Shown here one piece after another: positions 13,843 through 29,675 of a DNA stretch of 64,000 nt. Numbering within the stretch: position 1 is the first letter of the stretch; each line of letters starts with the position of its first letter. The position numbers and the translations under genes were made by a program. Source of the DNA: Eledone cirrhosa (Eukaryota); the NCBI GenBank assembly GCA_964016885.1, contig OZ024759.1, positions 24,366,001 to 24,430,000 of the forward strand, in the 5' to 3' direction. Below the pieces are notes generated by a model, which was given only the letters and a program-made list of their open reading frames with translations, did no database searches and was not told the DNA's origin.

Positions 13843-14242
13843 GAAAGAATACAATTGCGAATACAAGCGGTCGAAATGGGATTCCCCCGAAGGGTCTTTG
13901 GAGTAACTTTACTCGATAAAGTGCGTAGCTCGGAGATGAGAAATTTACTCCTGGTAGAGCCGCTACTTCTACGAATTAAGAGATCACAGCTCCGATACTG
14001 TAGGCATGTAGTTAGAATGTTTCAGGAAAGAATTGCTGGACAGATTTTACGGGCATAACCAACCGGCAGGGTACGCAGGGTAAACCCTGAGCAAGATGGT
14101 TGGATAACATCCTTGAGCTTGGCTGGTCTCGCTTGGGGATCCAGCTGGACCGGTTGGAGACGATTGCTTCTTACAGGACCCACTGGAGTTTGAAGACTCT
14201 GCCCCCACGACCCACTCAGGACTAAGTGGGCGAAGAAGAAGA
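13843..14242 (+). mobile_element. RTE-clade LINE 3' fragment (degraded)
   Basis: RIQAVEMGFPRRVFGVTLLDKVRSSEMRNLLLVEPLLLRIKRSQLRYCRHVVRM...PTGR is typical of the RTE post-RT region; ends in a (GAA)n tail. Confidence 0.85.
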
Positions 14243-14968
14243 CCAGAAAATTAAAAAAAAAGGCAAAGTTGAACGCGGTAGAAGTTCAACACATGCTGTT
14301 AAGAGCCGCAATGGCAAATACCGCAATGGCATTTTATTTGATGCTGCAATCCACTACCTTCACCACAATTTGAAATATCAAAACTGTATGTAATATATGA
14401 AACCAAAACAACAATCATCATCATCATGAACATGTACCACTTTGTCGGAGTACAGGGAACCACATACCTACTTGCCCTGTGACAGAAGAAGTGGATTTTT
14501 TGACAAGATTAATGTGAGTGGTCCCTCAAGCCCAACTCTCAAATCAATGATGTCGATAATGGGGGATGTGCTAAGGATAGAAAGAAAGAGAGAGGCCAAC
14601 AATTTGATTAATAGTTTCGGTCTTCGGAAGTATGAAAGTTCACCACCACCGGGTTTGAAATCTGAACGCAAAGAACCAGAGATTAAATACTGCAATAAAT
14701 TTGTACGACGAGCTAGCGATTCTGCCGACCTTATAGTACTAAATATTCTATGTAATAAAACCATATATTTGGAATGTTTTCGCAGAGAAGTTGAAACATT
14801 ACTGCAATAATTCCCATACCAAGCGATTTTGTGCCTGAAATTGCATGTATCTTTAAATACTTGCATACATACTTGCAAATCTACCCACCCACTTACATAC
14901 ATACACACATAGACGCACAGACACATTATATATTGTCTGTATGTAGATTATATATATATATATATATG

Positions 14969-15082
<114 letters not shown>

Positions 15083-15166
15083 TATATGTGTGTGTATGTT
15101 TGTATTATATATATGTATGTATATATTATATATAGGAGTGTATGTGCTTACGTATGTATGTGTGTA

Positions 15167-15214
<48 letters not shown>

Positions 15215-15586
15215 GGGTACTAAACTCAGAAAAGTAAAAAAGAAGACGACTGAGAAAGAAGTATTTCGTAGTCCCTATTACAGGCTTGATGATTTATGAA
15301 AGACCGCATTGCCTATTGGCATATGGCTCTTTATCTTAAACGAAGCCGTTTAATGATCAGGGGTATGTGACAAGCAACATCTCAGGTAAGGTGCAAGGTA
15401 TTATAGAGGCGGTTTAGCGAGCAATCTACGTGCCTGGCATATTTTTGTTGGGTATGGACAGGGTCGGGGGCTGTAAATAGACCAACTAGGCAGCCACCAA
15501 GGGTGCAGATTTCAGAGAGGCACATTACTGAACCATAAAGGATTAGAGTTTTATATAAATTTGTGTATTTAACTGAAATAGAACGT

Positions 15587-15655
15587 CTAGCAATAAGGGC
15601 GCTGCCCCAGCATGGCCTCAGCCGGATGGCTGGAACAGGCAAAAGAGTAAAAAAG
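15587..15655 (+). mobile_element. Isolated 3' tail of the CR1-group LINE
   Basis: tagcaataagggcgctgccccagcatggcctcagccggatggctggaacaggcaaaagagtaa matches 39853-39922. Confidence 0.8.
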
Positions 15656-15756
15656 GAAAACAGTAAATGTATTAATACAATTATTTCTTGCGATTTATAA
15701 ATAAATCACTAAACATCTTTGACAATCGCAGCGTTGTTGATATATGACTGGCCATA

Positions 15757-15802
15757 ACACCATACGACCCTCTCCAAAGCGGTGGAGAGGGTCGTATGGT
15801 GT
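15757..15802. repeat. Perfect 20-bp hairpin with a 6-nt loop
   Basis: acaccatacgaccctctcca aagcgg tggagagggtcgtatggtgt. Confidence 0.9.
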
Positions 15803-15839
15803 GATTCTTTGCTTAAACTTTAATCTGTTATTTTAATAA

Positions 15840-15914
<75 letters not shown>

Positions 15915-16937
15915 CACTGACATTACTACTACACCTCTATACCTATTGGAAAATATGCATGGAGTGCTTACTCCGGTAAACCAACAGTAATTGGACGTTA
16001 CAATCCCTATACTATAAATGTATGTGTGTGTGTGTGTGTGTACAGAGAGAGAGAGCGAGCGAGAGAGAGCGAGACAGAGAGAGAGACAGAGAGAGACGTA
16101 CACATTAACGAACGTATAACTAACTTGCCTATATAAATACATACATTTTGATGTGGAATGTACCTCGAGGGACTTTTTCTCATACTAAATACTCACATAC
16201 GCTACCGTTTGGCTTACGTAATGTAAGAGAGGCAACTGTATGTGTATTTAGTAAGCAAAACATTCCCCTAAGGTACCTTTCTCGCAATCATATCGTTGAT
16301 AATCACCGTCATAACATTCCCTCTCTCTATATATATATATGTGTGTGTATGTGTGTGTGTGTATAAATATTTGTTTGTGTGTATATATATACATATATAT
16401 GTGTGTATGTGTGTATATATACATATATATGTGAGTGCGTGCGTGTATATGCAAATATATATGTGTGTGGGTGTCTATGTATATATATATATGTGGATAC
16501 ATATATGTATATGTTATGTGTATGTGTATGTGTATATGCATATATATATATGTGTGTGTGGGTTTCTATGTATATATATATGTGTATACATATATGTTTA
16601 TACATATATGTATATATTATGTGTATGTATATATATATGTCTATACATATATGTTTATACATATATGTTTATACATATATGTATATATTATGTGTATATA
16701 TATATATATATGTTTATACATATATGTATATATATTATGTGTATGTATATATATGTGTGCATATATATATATCACATATATATATCACATAAGAAACGGA
16801 GAATCAGTGTTGAGACGAATACAATTTATTAGACATATTACAATCGTTTCTCTGGCGGTGATATTATACTCTGCTCTGTAAGAGCATCGAGTGCTCAAAC
16901 GGCTTACCGCTTACGGACGCTTTAAGCAGCCCATACC

Positions 16938-17008
<71 letters not shown>

Positions 17009-17690
17009 AATATACACGTACACGCACATGATGGATAAAATATGTACGAGACTTGATGAAAGTAAATACTAATGTTATTATCTTAGACATTAAATTAAGC
17101 TGATACCTCAGAATGGCCGCAATCTATTGACTGAAATCAGTAAAAGTATAAAAGATTAACAAAGCAGAAAAAAAATCCTCTATATTCTGTGATCAATTGT
17201 TTGTTAAAGAACACGGTATCAGATTTAAGGAAAAAAACTCAACAAAAAGCAGAACCCAAACGTCGAGTAACATTGATTATTGGACACTCACAAAACACAT
17301 TAAGACTTAATGAAACTATTAAACTGTCTTCACGTGAGCTATAAGCAGCCTGTGTCTTTTATTTTGTTGCTTTAATTAATCCTCTCATTGAAACCATTGA
17401 ATCGTCTCAAGATAAGGAGTATATGGAGAGAAAGATATATCTTAAGTATTCAATAAATCACAACACGGAGTTGGAGAGGGTGGGTCTGGGAGTGATAGAA
17501 GTTGGGGTTTATACAGAAGAGAATATGGAAAATAAGAAACAAAAGTAGAATGACAAAATAAATGAATATATATATATACATACTTACATATATATATATA
17601 TATATATACGTATATACACACACATATAATGTGAAGACTAAAATCCAAAGAGGGCTCGATAAGGATTATATATATATATATATATATATA

Positions 17691-17988
17691 ACCCCTCAGA
17701 GGAAATATTTATTATAAGAACAGATTAAAGTTTAAGATCCTTAACGGGATCTTCTGCAACTATATACCTATAAATAACAGTGACATAAACAGGTACTTAA
17801 GTTTCGTTTTGTTCTGGACCCCAAGTCATTCAGCCTGTCATAAGAAAATAACAAGCTGAATAAGTTGGGGTCCAGGACCCAGGGAAAGTACTTATTTATG
17901 TCACTATTGTAGTTATATATACCAAACTCGTCCTATGAACTGAGTGCTCTTACCCCTGGATATTTCTATCAAAAACTTTTACTGCGGC
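17691..17988 (+). mobile_element. Imperfect fold-back element with tail, between (TA)n tracts
   Basis: Inverted arms at 17777-17908 (gtgacataaa/tttatgtcac, ctggaccccaa/ttggggtccag, ttcagc/gctgaa); the tail contains tgagtgctc. Confidence 0.6.
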
Positions 17989-18029
17989 ATATATATATAT
18001 ATATGTCTGTATATATATATATATATATA

Positions 18030-18223
18030 TAACGAAGGAAATGTGGTAAGGAACCAGGTGGACCATAACGCACCAAAGTACTCAATACTTAGGGTAGTAG
18101 AGTGGGTAATAGGAACGAGTAGGACCCCGACGGCTGAGCTCAAGCCGTTTCGACGGCTAATTCTGGACAGAATTAGCCGTCGAAACGGCTTGAGCTCAGC
18201 CGTCGGCGTCCTACTCGTTCCTA
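18030..18223 (-). mobile_element. Fold-back element family A
   Basis: Inverted repeat of about 55 bp (ataggaacgagtagg...aattctg / cagaatt...cctactcgttcctat) plus a tail of about 80 bp; (TA)n flanks. Confidence 0.9.
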
Positions 18224-18897
18224 TATATATATATATATACATAGTCCAACACCTTAACAACTAGTGGTACTTGCCCAAGATGCCACCGCAACCACCACCA
18301 CCACCAACACCGTCTCAACAATGTAGTGCAGTTCCTCGACGTGGCCGTTCCATCTACTAGAATTAACCACTCGCTTCTTTCTTTGAGAAGAGAATGGAAA
18401 CTACACACTGGGTAATGTAGTTGTAGATATACTTTTATCGACCCTGAAGTGATGAACGGCAAAGTCGACCTCGGCAGGATTTGAACTGAGAACTTTATGA
18501 GACAGAACAAACATTGCTAAGCATTTTTTTCGGCGCTCTACCGGCTTTGCCAATCCGCCGGCAATAATGAAACATAATGATGATAAATACTCACTGAAAT
18601 CAAAACCCGGTGCTCCATCAATTGCCGCGACCACCGGTGCGAAGAACAAATCAGACGAAAACGATTAGGCAAATCTTTAATAAATGGGAAGACTAATTGA
18701 AATAGTATTTATTATTTCATATATATGTATATATATAATGTTTCACCAAATTATGTGTATGTGTAGTGTGTGCATGTCTGTTTCTATGCGAACGCCTACG
18801 CTCACACACAAAATTAGACGGTTCTGTCACTTTTTCCACTCGTTTTTCTTGTGTTCAAATGTATCGTTTATGTTTATCATTAAAAATGTATTAACCA

Positions 18898-18951
<54 letters not shown>

Positions 18952-18960
18952 ATGTATAAA

Positions 18961-19097
18961 CCCGACGGCAGAGCTTAAGCCGTTTCGACGGCTATTTCTG
19001 GAGTCCAGTACATTTTCCTATTACCCACTCTACTACCCTAAGTATTGAGTACTCTCGTGCGTTATGGTCCATCTGGTTCCTGACCACACTTCCTTCG

Positions 19098-19100
<3 letters not shown>
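18961..19100 (+). mobile_element. Fold-back element family A, internally deleted
   Basis: Same arm and tail sequence as the other family A copies. Confidence 0.85.
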
Positions 19101-19164
<64 letters not shown>

Positions 19165-19227
19165 GTATATATATATATGTATATATATATATGTATTTAT
19201 ATGTATATATATGTATTTATATGTATA

Positions 19228-19265
<38 letters not shown>

Positions 19266-19311
19266 TATATATATGTATATATATATGCATATATATATGT
19301 ATATTTATATG

Positions 19312-19398
<87 letters not shown>

Positions 19399-19402
19399 GT
19401 AT

Positions 19403-19561
<159 letters not shown>

Positions 19562-19591
19562 TATTATATATATATATATATATACACACAT

Positions 19592-19625
<34 letters not shown>

Positions 19626-19649
19626 TATTATATATATATATACACACAT

Positions 19650-19710
<61 letters not shown>

Positions 19711-19854
19711 CATATATATACATATATATATATACACACATTATTAAACAAATTTAGAAAAACTTCATTATTGTTATAATTAATATTATTATTAATTTGA
19801 TATCTGTCATTGATATTATTTAACCGGAAAGTTTGCCCAAATAAACATCAAACA

Positions 19855-20016
19855 TCTGCAGCCTCAAATATTCAGAACGTGTCGGAGGGTCTTTGCTGTT
19901 TCCAGTAGGTATGCTTTTTGAAGTGTTCCAAAAAAAAATTAGGTGTCTGGGCTAATGTTCTTTAGCCAGCCTTGGAAACTCTTCGAGTACTCTTATGACG
20001 ATGGGGACGACCTTGA
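19855..20016 (-). mobile_element. R4/Dong-like LINE 3' remnant (restriction-like endonuclease C-terminus)
   Basis: Minus strand translates KVVPIVI...(frameshifts)...GTLQKAYLLETAKTLRHVLNI*, resembling the VVPIVIGALG...LQKACLLGTARILRKVL terminus of R4/Dong elements. Confidence 0.65.
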
Positions 20017-20132
20017 TTCAATGGCAATCCCCACAGTGTCGATAAAATAAAGTTGTAGTAACGCACTTGTGTCGATTCGGTCGACTTTCCTTTTCCTAAA
20101 ACTGTTGTCCTTATGATTAAACCAGAAACTAT

Positions 20133-20318
20133 TGGATTGGCAGTATCAGTAGAGGGTCGGACGCCATGCTTTCCAGCATAGTTACGTCCCTTTACGATCT
20201 GAGTTTAAATCCCGCCGAGGTTGACTTTGCCTTTCATCCTTATGGGGTCGATAAAATAAAGTACCAGTAATGCACTGGGTAATTGCTGGCCTTGTGCCTA
20301 AAGTAGAAACAATTATTA
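20133..20318 (+). mobile_element. tRNA-derived SINE (main family) inserted at the tail of an older SINE (about 20020-20132)
   Basis: Near-consensus copy. Confidence 0.9.
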
Positions 20319-21006
20319 GTGTTGATGTTGCTATTGCTGTTTCTTCCCCTAAAAAGACGTGTTATGTATCGCTCGTGTGATTTCAAAAAAAAATTGAGGG
20401 ATTATATGCTAAGCTGAACGGATTTTTTGCCTGAACTGTGTTCAAAGAAATGTAGTCTTTTATTTCTTGTATTTTATTTCATACCCATTTCACAAAAATA
20501 AGAAAAATTTAAAAAAAATCAGTTTTCGTTGTCAGGCATTTCTAACATTGCGACTAAGACAGTACACGCCCCAAAAATTACTAAAAAAAAAAAAAAAAAA
20601 AAAAAAATGGGAATAAACAAAAGTGATGTAAACAAGATAATACAGATATTTCTACTTTGAAAAATATACTTGAAGAAAAGTCGCAGTATGATATATAGGA
20701 ACAGTGTTAGCCAAATTTCTAACGGAGAAAATAACAAGGGCAAAAATTCTTCTTTTGCTTGTGTTGCCAGCAACGAGGAAAGTTTGACTATGATTCAATT
20801 ATTGGAGATAAGGATGATCTTGTACAAATATATGACAACACACATACATACACACACATAGGAACAGAAGACAATATCAAGCACACACACACACACATAC
20901 AGAAGTGCATAACACACACACACATATATGTTTATATATAAATAACTTTAACCTTAATAGGTTTCGGCCAGTGTTGGACATATATACAGAGGGGAAGAAA
21001 ATGAAG

Positions 21007-21040
<34 letters not shown>

Positions 21041-21204
21041 GAGAGTGAGAGAGAGAAAGGGGGCTAAATATAGTTGTAAAGTTATAAAGAAAATCAACCC
21101 AAATTTTGTTACTGACAAAATGGTGGTCACTTTTTCGGAAAAAAATTCTTAGAAGCTAACAAGACTCTACTAACGTTTGTGTATCTTCATGTACACACAC
21201 ACAG

Positions 21205-21258
<54 letters not shown>

Positions 21259-21322
21259 CTATATAAAACTAACAACCTTGTAGAAGTGATGTCTGAGAAA
21301 ATCACAGACTTGCGCCATATCA

Positions 21323-21355
<33 letters not shown>

Positions 21356-22424
21356 CAAGAATAGACAAGATAAACAGAAAGTAAAAAACACAGTCTTATT
21401 AGTTTCACGCTTAGGAATAAGTAAATGACGGTTTCGGATGTATATATACATACACATATATATACGCATATATATACATACATACACACACAATCTGCAG
21501 ACGGTAAATACATTTCCCTATCGGAGTGGACTCCGTGGACGTCTATGGGAACCCGGTGGGGACAAGGACTGATTCAATGACCCCAAACCACTGCACTTAA
21601 GACTGTCAGTATCCCTTATTTATTTTTTGTTTTTGGCAGTGGGCCGGGGTGGGAGTCAGACCCCTTTTTTTGCGATTGCTCACAATAGTAGTGCAATTAC
21701 TAGAGTGTAACAAGTTCAACAGTGTAAAAATACAAAAAAAGGGCCGGTGAATTGGAGGGGTGTTTGAATACAAGACGGTGTAATAGAGATTGGCGGTGGG
21801 GCCTGGTAGTCAGGATTCACTCCCACCCTCTCTGTTCACTTTAGGGGTTATCTTCTTAAAAAAAAATATAACATAAATAATATAAAACCCTATAGTGTAG
21901 TATGGACTCTGAAGAGTCTGTACGTCACTGATAGTTCCTCCTCCCTCCCCCCACTCCCCCTTGCACACACCACCACCACTACATGCTATTCCACTGGAAT
22001 CATCTTCATAACAACCACCACTATCACCATCATCAATAACATCATCCTTAACCATCATCATCATCGTCATAATCATCGTTAGTAGCAGCAACAGTAGTGG
22101 TAGAATCACTCCCACTATGTTATTATCAGCATCTTCATCCACCGAAACCAACGTCACCACCACCACCACCACCACTACCGCAGTCACCACCACCGCCGCC
22201 GCCGTCTCCATCACCACCGCCATCACCACCATTACTACTACCACCACCACCACCACCATCACTGTCACTACCACCATCACTGTCGCCCCTCCTCCATCAC
22301 TGTGACCACCACCACCGCCACCACCGCCGCCACCCCCATCACTACCATGACCACCATTGCTACCTCCAACAGTGTACTTATCATCATCACTCCTATTATC
22401 ACCTCTAGCATCATCATCATCATT

Positions 22425-22466
<42 letters not shown>

Positions 22467-22799
22467 GTTATCAACTTTATCGCCATCATCCTGATTACCA
22501 TCTACATCCCCACCATCATAATCAGCATCCATCTCCGCCATCATAATCATCAGTCATCATTATCACCATCAGCACCACTATAACCACTACCACAACCACT
22601 ACCACCACCACCACTACGGCCACCACCATAATCATCATCATAACCATTAGTATTATCATTCTCACCATCACCACTACTACGTCTACCACCAAAAAACTAC
22701 CTCCAATAAAACCACCACCACCACCACCATCACCACCTCCACCACCACCACCACCATCACCACCAACACGATCATCGTCACCAACAATCACCATCATCA

Positions 22800-23600
22800 C
22801 CACCACCACCATCACCGCCACTACCACAATCATCACCACTGTTACCTTCGCCACCACCACCACCAACATCACCACCATCACCACCACCACCACCACCACC
22901 ATCACCACCACCACCACCACTACCACAATCATCACCACCATTACCTTCGCCACCACCACCACCAACATCACCACCACCACCACCACCACCATCACCACCA
23001 TCGCCACCACCACCACCACTACCACAATCATCACCACCATTACCTTCGCCACCACCACCACCAACATCACCACCATCACCACCACCACCACCACCACCAT
23101 CACCACCATCGCCACCACCACCACTACCACAATCATCACCACCATTACCTTCGCCACCACCACCACCAACATCACCACCACCACCACCACCACCATCACC
23201 ACCATCACCACCACCACCACCACTACCACAATCATCACCACCATTACCTTCGCCACCACCACCACCAACATCACCACCACCACCACCACCACCATCACCA
23301 CCATCGCCACCACCACCACCACTACCACAATCATCACCACCATTACCTTCGCCACCACCACCACCACCACCAACATCACCATCACCACCACCACCACCAC
23401 CACCATCACCACCATCGCCACCACCACCACCACTACCACAATCATCACCACCATTACCTTCGCCACCACCACCACCACCACCAACATCATCATCACCACC
23501 ACCACCACCACCAATACCATCAGCACCATCACCACCACCACCACAATCATCACCACCATTACCTTCGCCACCACCACCACCACCATCATAAGTACCACCA
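22800..23600. repeat. 99-111-bp minisatellite, 8 units, built from (CAC/CAT)n
   Basis: ttaccttcg anchors at 22842, 22941, 23040, 23145, 23244, 23343, 23454 and 23559. Confidence 0.92.
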
Positions 23601-23934
23601 CCACCACCACCACCAGAACCAGTCCCTAACCCTAACCCTAGCCCAATACACCAGAGCCTCTCTGTAAATGACATTAACAGATCGTTGCAGTACAACATTC
23701 CTTTCTCACTCCTCTCATACTCTCTAACTATCTTGTCATTCTCCTACGTGGCTATGTGTGTGGGAGAGAGAACGTATTTTATTATCCATATATCCCCGAT
23801 ACACACACGTATGTACATATATATATATGTATGTGTGTGAGTATATATTATATATATATGTGAATATATTAAATATATACATGTATATACGATATTAAAC
23901 AAATGGAAACTATATTTATAAAACCATATTTATT

Positions 23935-23994
23935 TCATTATACATATTTCAGGGATACCATATTAAAAATATGGCATGCCTTCTTCAGATAAAA
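23935..23994 (-). ncRNA. Minimal hammerhead ribozyme motif (family D)
   Basis: tttat CTGAAGA aggcatgccatatt-tt-aatatggtatccct GAAA tatg TA taatg aaataaa; intact core, long stem II, weak stem I. Confidence 0.6.
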
Positions 23995-24019
23995 TACAAT
24001 ATATAAGCAGTTTTATAAA

Positions 24020-25830
24020 TGTATATATATACATGTATATATATATATAAATACATACATACATTTAAATCATATATGCATGTATATATATGTGAGTGTG
24101 TGAGTATATATTATATATGTGTGTGAATATATTAAATACATACATGTATATGTAAATACATACATGTATATATATATATAAATACATACATACATTTAAA
24201 TCATATATGCATGTATATATGTGTGTGTGTGAGTATATATTATATATGTGTGTGAATATATAAATACATACATGTATATATATATATATAAATACATACA
24301 TACATTTAAATCATATATGCATGTATATATATGTGAGTGTGTGAGTATATATTATATATGTATGTGAATATATTAAATACATACATGTATATATATATAT
24401 AAATACATACATACATTTAAATCATATATGCATGTATATATATGTGTGTGTGTGAGTATATATTATATATGTGTGTGAATATATTAAATACATACATTTA
24501 AATCATATATGCATGTATATATATGTGTGTGTGTGAGTATATATTATATATGTGTGTGAATATATTAAATGCATACATGTATATATATAAATACATACAT
24601 ACATTTAAATCATATATGCATGTATATATATGTGTGTGTGTGAGTATATATTATATATGTGTGTGAATATATTAAATACATACATGTATATATATATATA
24701 TAAATACATACATACATTTAAATCATATATGCATGTATATATATGTGAGTGTGTGAGTATATATTATATATGTGTGTGAATATATTAAATACATACATGT
24801 ATATATATAAATACATACATTTAAATCATATATGCATGTATATATGTGTGTGTGTGTGTGAGTATATATTATATGTGTGTGAATATATTAAATACATACA
24901 TGTATATATATAAATACATACATACATTTAAATCATATATGCATGTATATATATGTGTGTATGTGAGTATATATTATATATATATGTGAATATACTAAAT
25001 ACATACATGTATATATATATAAATACATACATACATTTAAATCATATATGCATGTATATATATGTGTGTGTGTGAGTATATATTATATATGTGTGTGAAT
25101 ATATTAAATACATACATGTATATATATAAATACATACATTTAAATCATATATGCATGTATATATATGTGTGTGTGTGAGTATATATTATATATATATGTG
25201 AATATATTAAATACATACATGTATATATATATATAAATACATACATACATTTAAATCATATATGCATGTATATACATGTGTGTGTGTGAGTATATATTAT
25301 ATATGTGTGTGAATATATTAAATACATACATGTATATATATATATATATAAATACATACATACATTTAAATCATATATGCATGTATATATGTGTGTGTGT
25401 GAGTATATATTATATATGTGTGTGAATATATTAAATACATACATGTATATATATAAATACATACATTTAAATCATATATGCATGTATATATATGTGTGTG
25501 TGTGAGTATATATTATATATATATGTGAATATACTAAATACATACATGTATATATATATATAAATACATACATACATTTAAATCATATATGCATGTATAT
25601 ATATGTGTGTGTGTGAGTATATATTATATATGTGTGTGTGTGAGTATATATTATATATGTGTGTGAATATATTAAATACATACATGTATATATATATATA
25701 AATACATACATTTAAATCATATATGCATGTATATATATGTGTGTGTGTGAGTATATATTATATATGTGTGTGAATATATTAAATACTTACATGTATATAT
25801 ATAAATACATACATTTAAATCATATATGCA
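24020..25830. repeat. AT-rich tandem satellite of about 110 bp, about 17 units
   Basis: catttaaatcatatatgcatg...gtgagtatatattatat...gtgaatatattaaatac is repeated. Confidence 0.93.
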
Positions 25831-26149
25831 AATACATACATGCATGTATATATATAAGATACATAACATCGAAGTCACTGCCACTTTTCTACTTAGAAAT
25901 ATATTTCTACACTCCACCCATCTAATATTTGAACGTTTTACATACTACGTTATCTTAAATATGTTCTAATATGAAGGACTATTGTCCGAAACGTCAATAC
26001 TATTTTTCTATATCATCATTGTACTGTTTTGTTCTGTGTTGTTTTCCATTGATAGGATGTAGTTTAGGGGATTTTGGTTGCTTTTTCTAGCTAATCTACC
26101 AACCACAAAGATGCTCATTCTTTTAAATGGATACTAGTAACTAAGTTGT

Positions 26150-26343
26150 AATAGTTGTTTCTTCTTTTGGCACAAGGCCAGCAATTATCACAGTGTATTA
26201 CTGGTACTTTATTTTATCGACCCCGTAAGGATGAAAGGCAAAGTTAATCTCGGCGGATTTGAACTCAGACCATAAAGGGCCGTAACTCTTAGCTGCAAAG
26301 CATGGCGTCCGACCTTCTACCGATACTGCCAATCCACCGCCCT
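26150..26343 (-). mobile_element. tRNA-derived SINE (main family)
   Basis: Shares diagnostic variants with the copy at 46899. Confidence 0.9.
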
Positions 26344-26375
26344 TAATATATGTATAATATGAATAGATATTTCTG

Positions 26376-27115
<740 letters not shown>

Positions 27116-27269
27116 ATATATATATATATATATATGCATGCAAGTATATGTAATATGTATATATATACATATTTATATATATATATATAAAAGTTCATCC
27201 CGAGTTCAATCGGGGGTAACCACAGTAAATAAGGTACTCAATACAAAGCAGAGTATATATATTTAATAT

Positions 27270-27426
27270 AGCAATTATCCCAGTGTATTACTGGTACTTT
27301 ATTTTATCGACCCCGTAAGGATGAAAGGCAAAGTTAATCTCGGCGGGATTTGAACTCAGAACACAAAGGGACATAACTCTATGCTGCAAAGCATGGTCTC
27401 TGACGCTCTACCGATACTGCCAAACC
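27270..27426 (-). mobile_element. tRNA-derived SINE lacking its 3' tail
   Basis: Consensus match starts at agcaattatcccagtg. Confidence 0.85.
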
Positions 27427-27812
27427 ATAGGAGACAGGGATGCAGGAACTGGTGTTCATGCTGTTGTTGCTGTTGATGGTGGTGGTGGTATTAATGGTAG
27501 CTATTGTCAATGGTGTCATTCAGTGCAGTTCTTTGGTAGATTGCAGCAATGTGTGTGAGTGTGTGTGCGTGTGTGTGTGTGAAAGAGAGAGTGTGTGTGT
27601 GTTCTAACAGGATGCAGTATAAGCGATGGTGGGATGAGTGTGCATTTTAATATATTTCTAATGAGATTATTCTACAGTGAAGTGGAAATAACAGCAGATT
27701 ATTTATGTAGATATACATATACATACACATATGCATATGCATACATAGATATAGATACATACATATATACATTCAGACATATACCTCCCACTCTCATATA
27801 TATATATATGTA

Positions 27813-27878
<66 letters not shown>

Positions 27879-27958
27879 AAATATTTACACAGTTGTGAGT
27901 ATAAATGAAAAAAACAACAACTAGCACATCAATTAGAAGTTGAGTTTGACTATATATA

Positions 27959-28018
<60 letters not shown>

Positions 28019-28421
28019 CGTGTGTGTATATATATGTGTATGTGCGTGGGATTTGATGTATTTCTGAATAAACTAACTGAAGAGAACTGGAGCTATAGCG
28101 TGGAAATGGCGATGAAAATTAATAATGGAATTGAGGAAAACATTAAACTGCTACTGTTGTTGTTATTAATGTTCTTGTTGCTGTTACTGTTGTTCTTACT
28201 GCTGCTGATATTGCTGCTGTTGCTGCTGCTAGTGTTATCTTCTTAAACTCTATCATTTACGTCTAACATTCTTATCACATTGCAAATGATCAAAGACTAA
28301 AAATGAGCCCCATTCACACGTTCTTTTGATGATGTTCTGTCAAGAATGGGTGTATATGGTACAGATAAGTCCTCGATCGTTCTCCCCCTCTTCATTCTCT
28401 TATTCTCCCTTTCTCTTTCGT

Positions 28422-28452
<31 letters not shown>

Positions 28453-28498
28453 CCCATTCATTATATATATATATGATAAATATTTTGACAGTTGTGGG

Positions 28499-28541
<43 letters not shown>

Positions 28542-28614
28542 AGAAATATACAAAATTACACACATGTGTATATATATATATATGCATATATACATATAAA
28601 TATCTATCTATCTA

Positions 28615-28684
<70 letters not shown>

Positions 28685-28875
28685 TATACATATATGTGTG
28701 TGTGTGTGTGGTATAACACTTTGATAAGATGACATATCACTATTAAACGCTGATTGGAAGACAAAACACGACTTAGAATTTCCCCAAATCAAGATATCAC
28801 AGAATCCCAGAAGAGCATTTAGTACGAATATACATAAATAAATTGAAACACTCACATATCCGTGCACCCATCCAC

Positions 28876-28933
<58 letters not shown>

Positions 28934-28970
28934 ATGCACACAGACGCACACACATACACACACACATATA

Positions 28971-29163
28971 TAGGAACGAGTAGGTCCCCGACGGCTGAGC
29001 TCAAGCCATTTCGACGGCTAATTCTGGACTCAGAATTAGCCGTCGAAACGGCTTGAGCTCAGCCGTCGTGGTCCTACTCGTTCCTATTACCCACTCTACT
29101 ACCCTAAGTATTGAGTACTTTGGTGCGTTATGGTCCATCTGGTTCCGTACCACATTTCCCTCG

Positions 29164-29166
<3 letters not shown>
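28971..29166 (+). mobile_element. Fold-back element family A
   Basis: Inverted arms plus tail; TA flanks. Confidence 0.9.
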
Positions 29167-29213
<47 letters not shown>

Positions 29214-29675
29214 TGAGGCAAGTGTGACGGCTAAAGCATCCGCACTAGTCTTGTAACCCACCACACTGTTGCACCCTTTCTGTTCATGTTTGCAACTCTA
29301 TCCATATTTCCTAGTGATTATGGTGTTCGACTCATGATCGTTAGGAGGTGTGTTCGATTTTCAGTGATACGTCGTTGTCTCCTTGAGCAAGGCACACACT
29401 GCTTCACGTGGAATGAATCTCACTGAAATTGCGCTACATATGTACACATGTCTGTGGAATAATCAGCCACTAGCTCGTTAATATCCGTTGATCGCTTCAA
29501 CTGGAGCAAACATCCGTCGTCGAAAGCGACGGAGGTCCAACAGAGGATGCATGGTATATTAGAGACAGAACGATTTTACACAGTGCATCAGACAGAAGAC
29601 ACGGTACATCAGATCGGACTGGAGACATTAAACCCATGAATCGGTACATCATACAGGGTACATAGTGCTGCTGGG

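Noticed and set aside
14442-14810. 122-aa non-repetitive ORF
   Set aside because: It overlaps a degraded SINE and has no recognisable motif or splice support.
23623-23645. CCCTAA telomere-like repeats (also near 57088)
   Set aside because: Only two to three units, too short to call an interstitial telomere.
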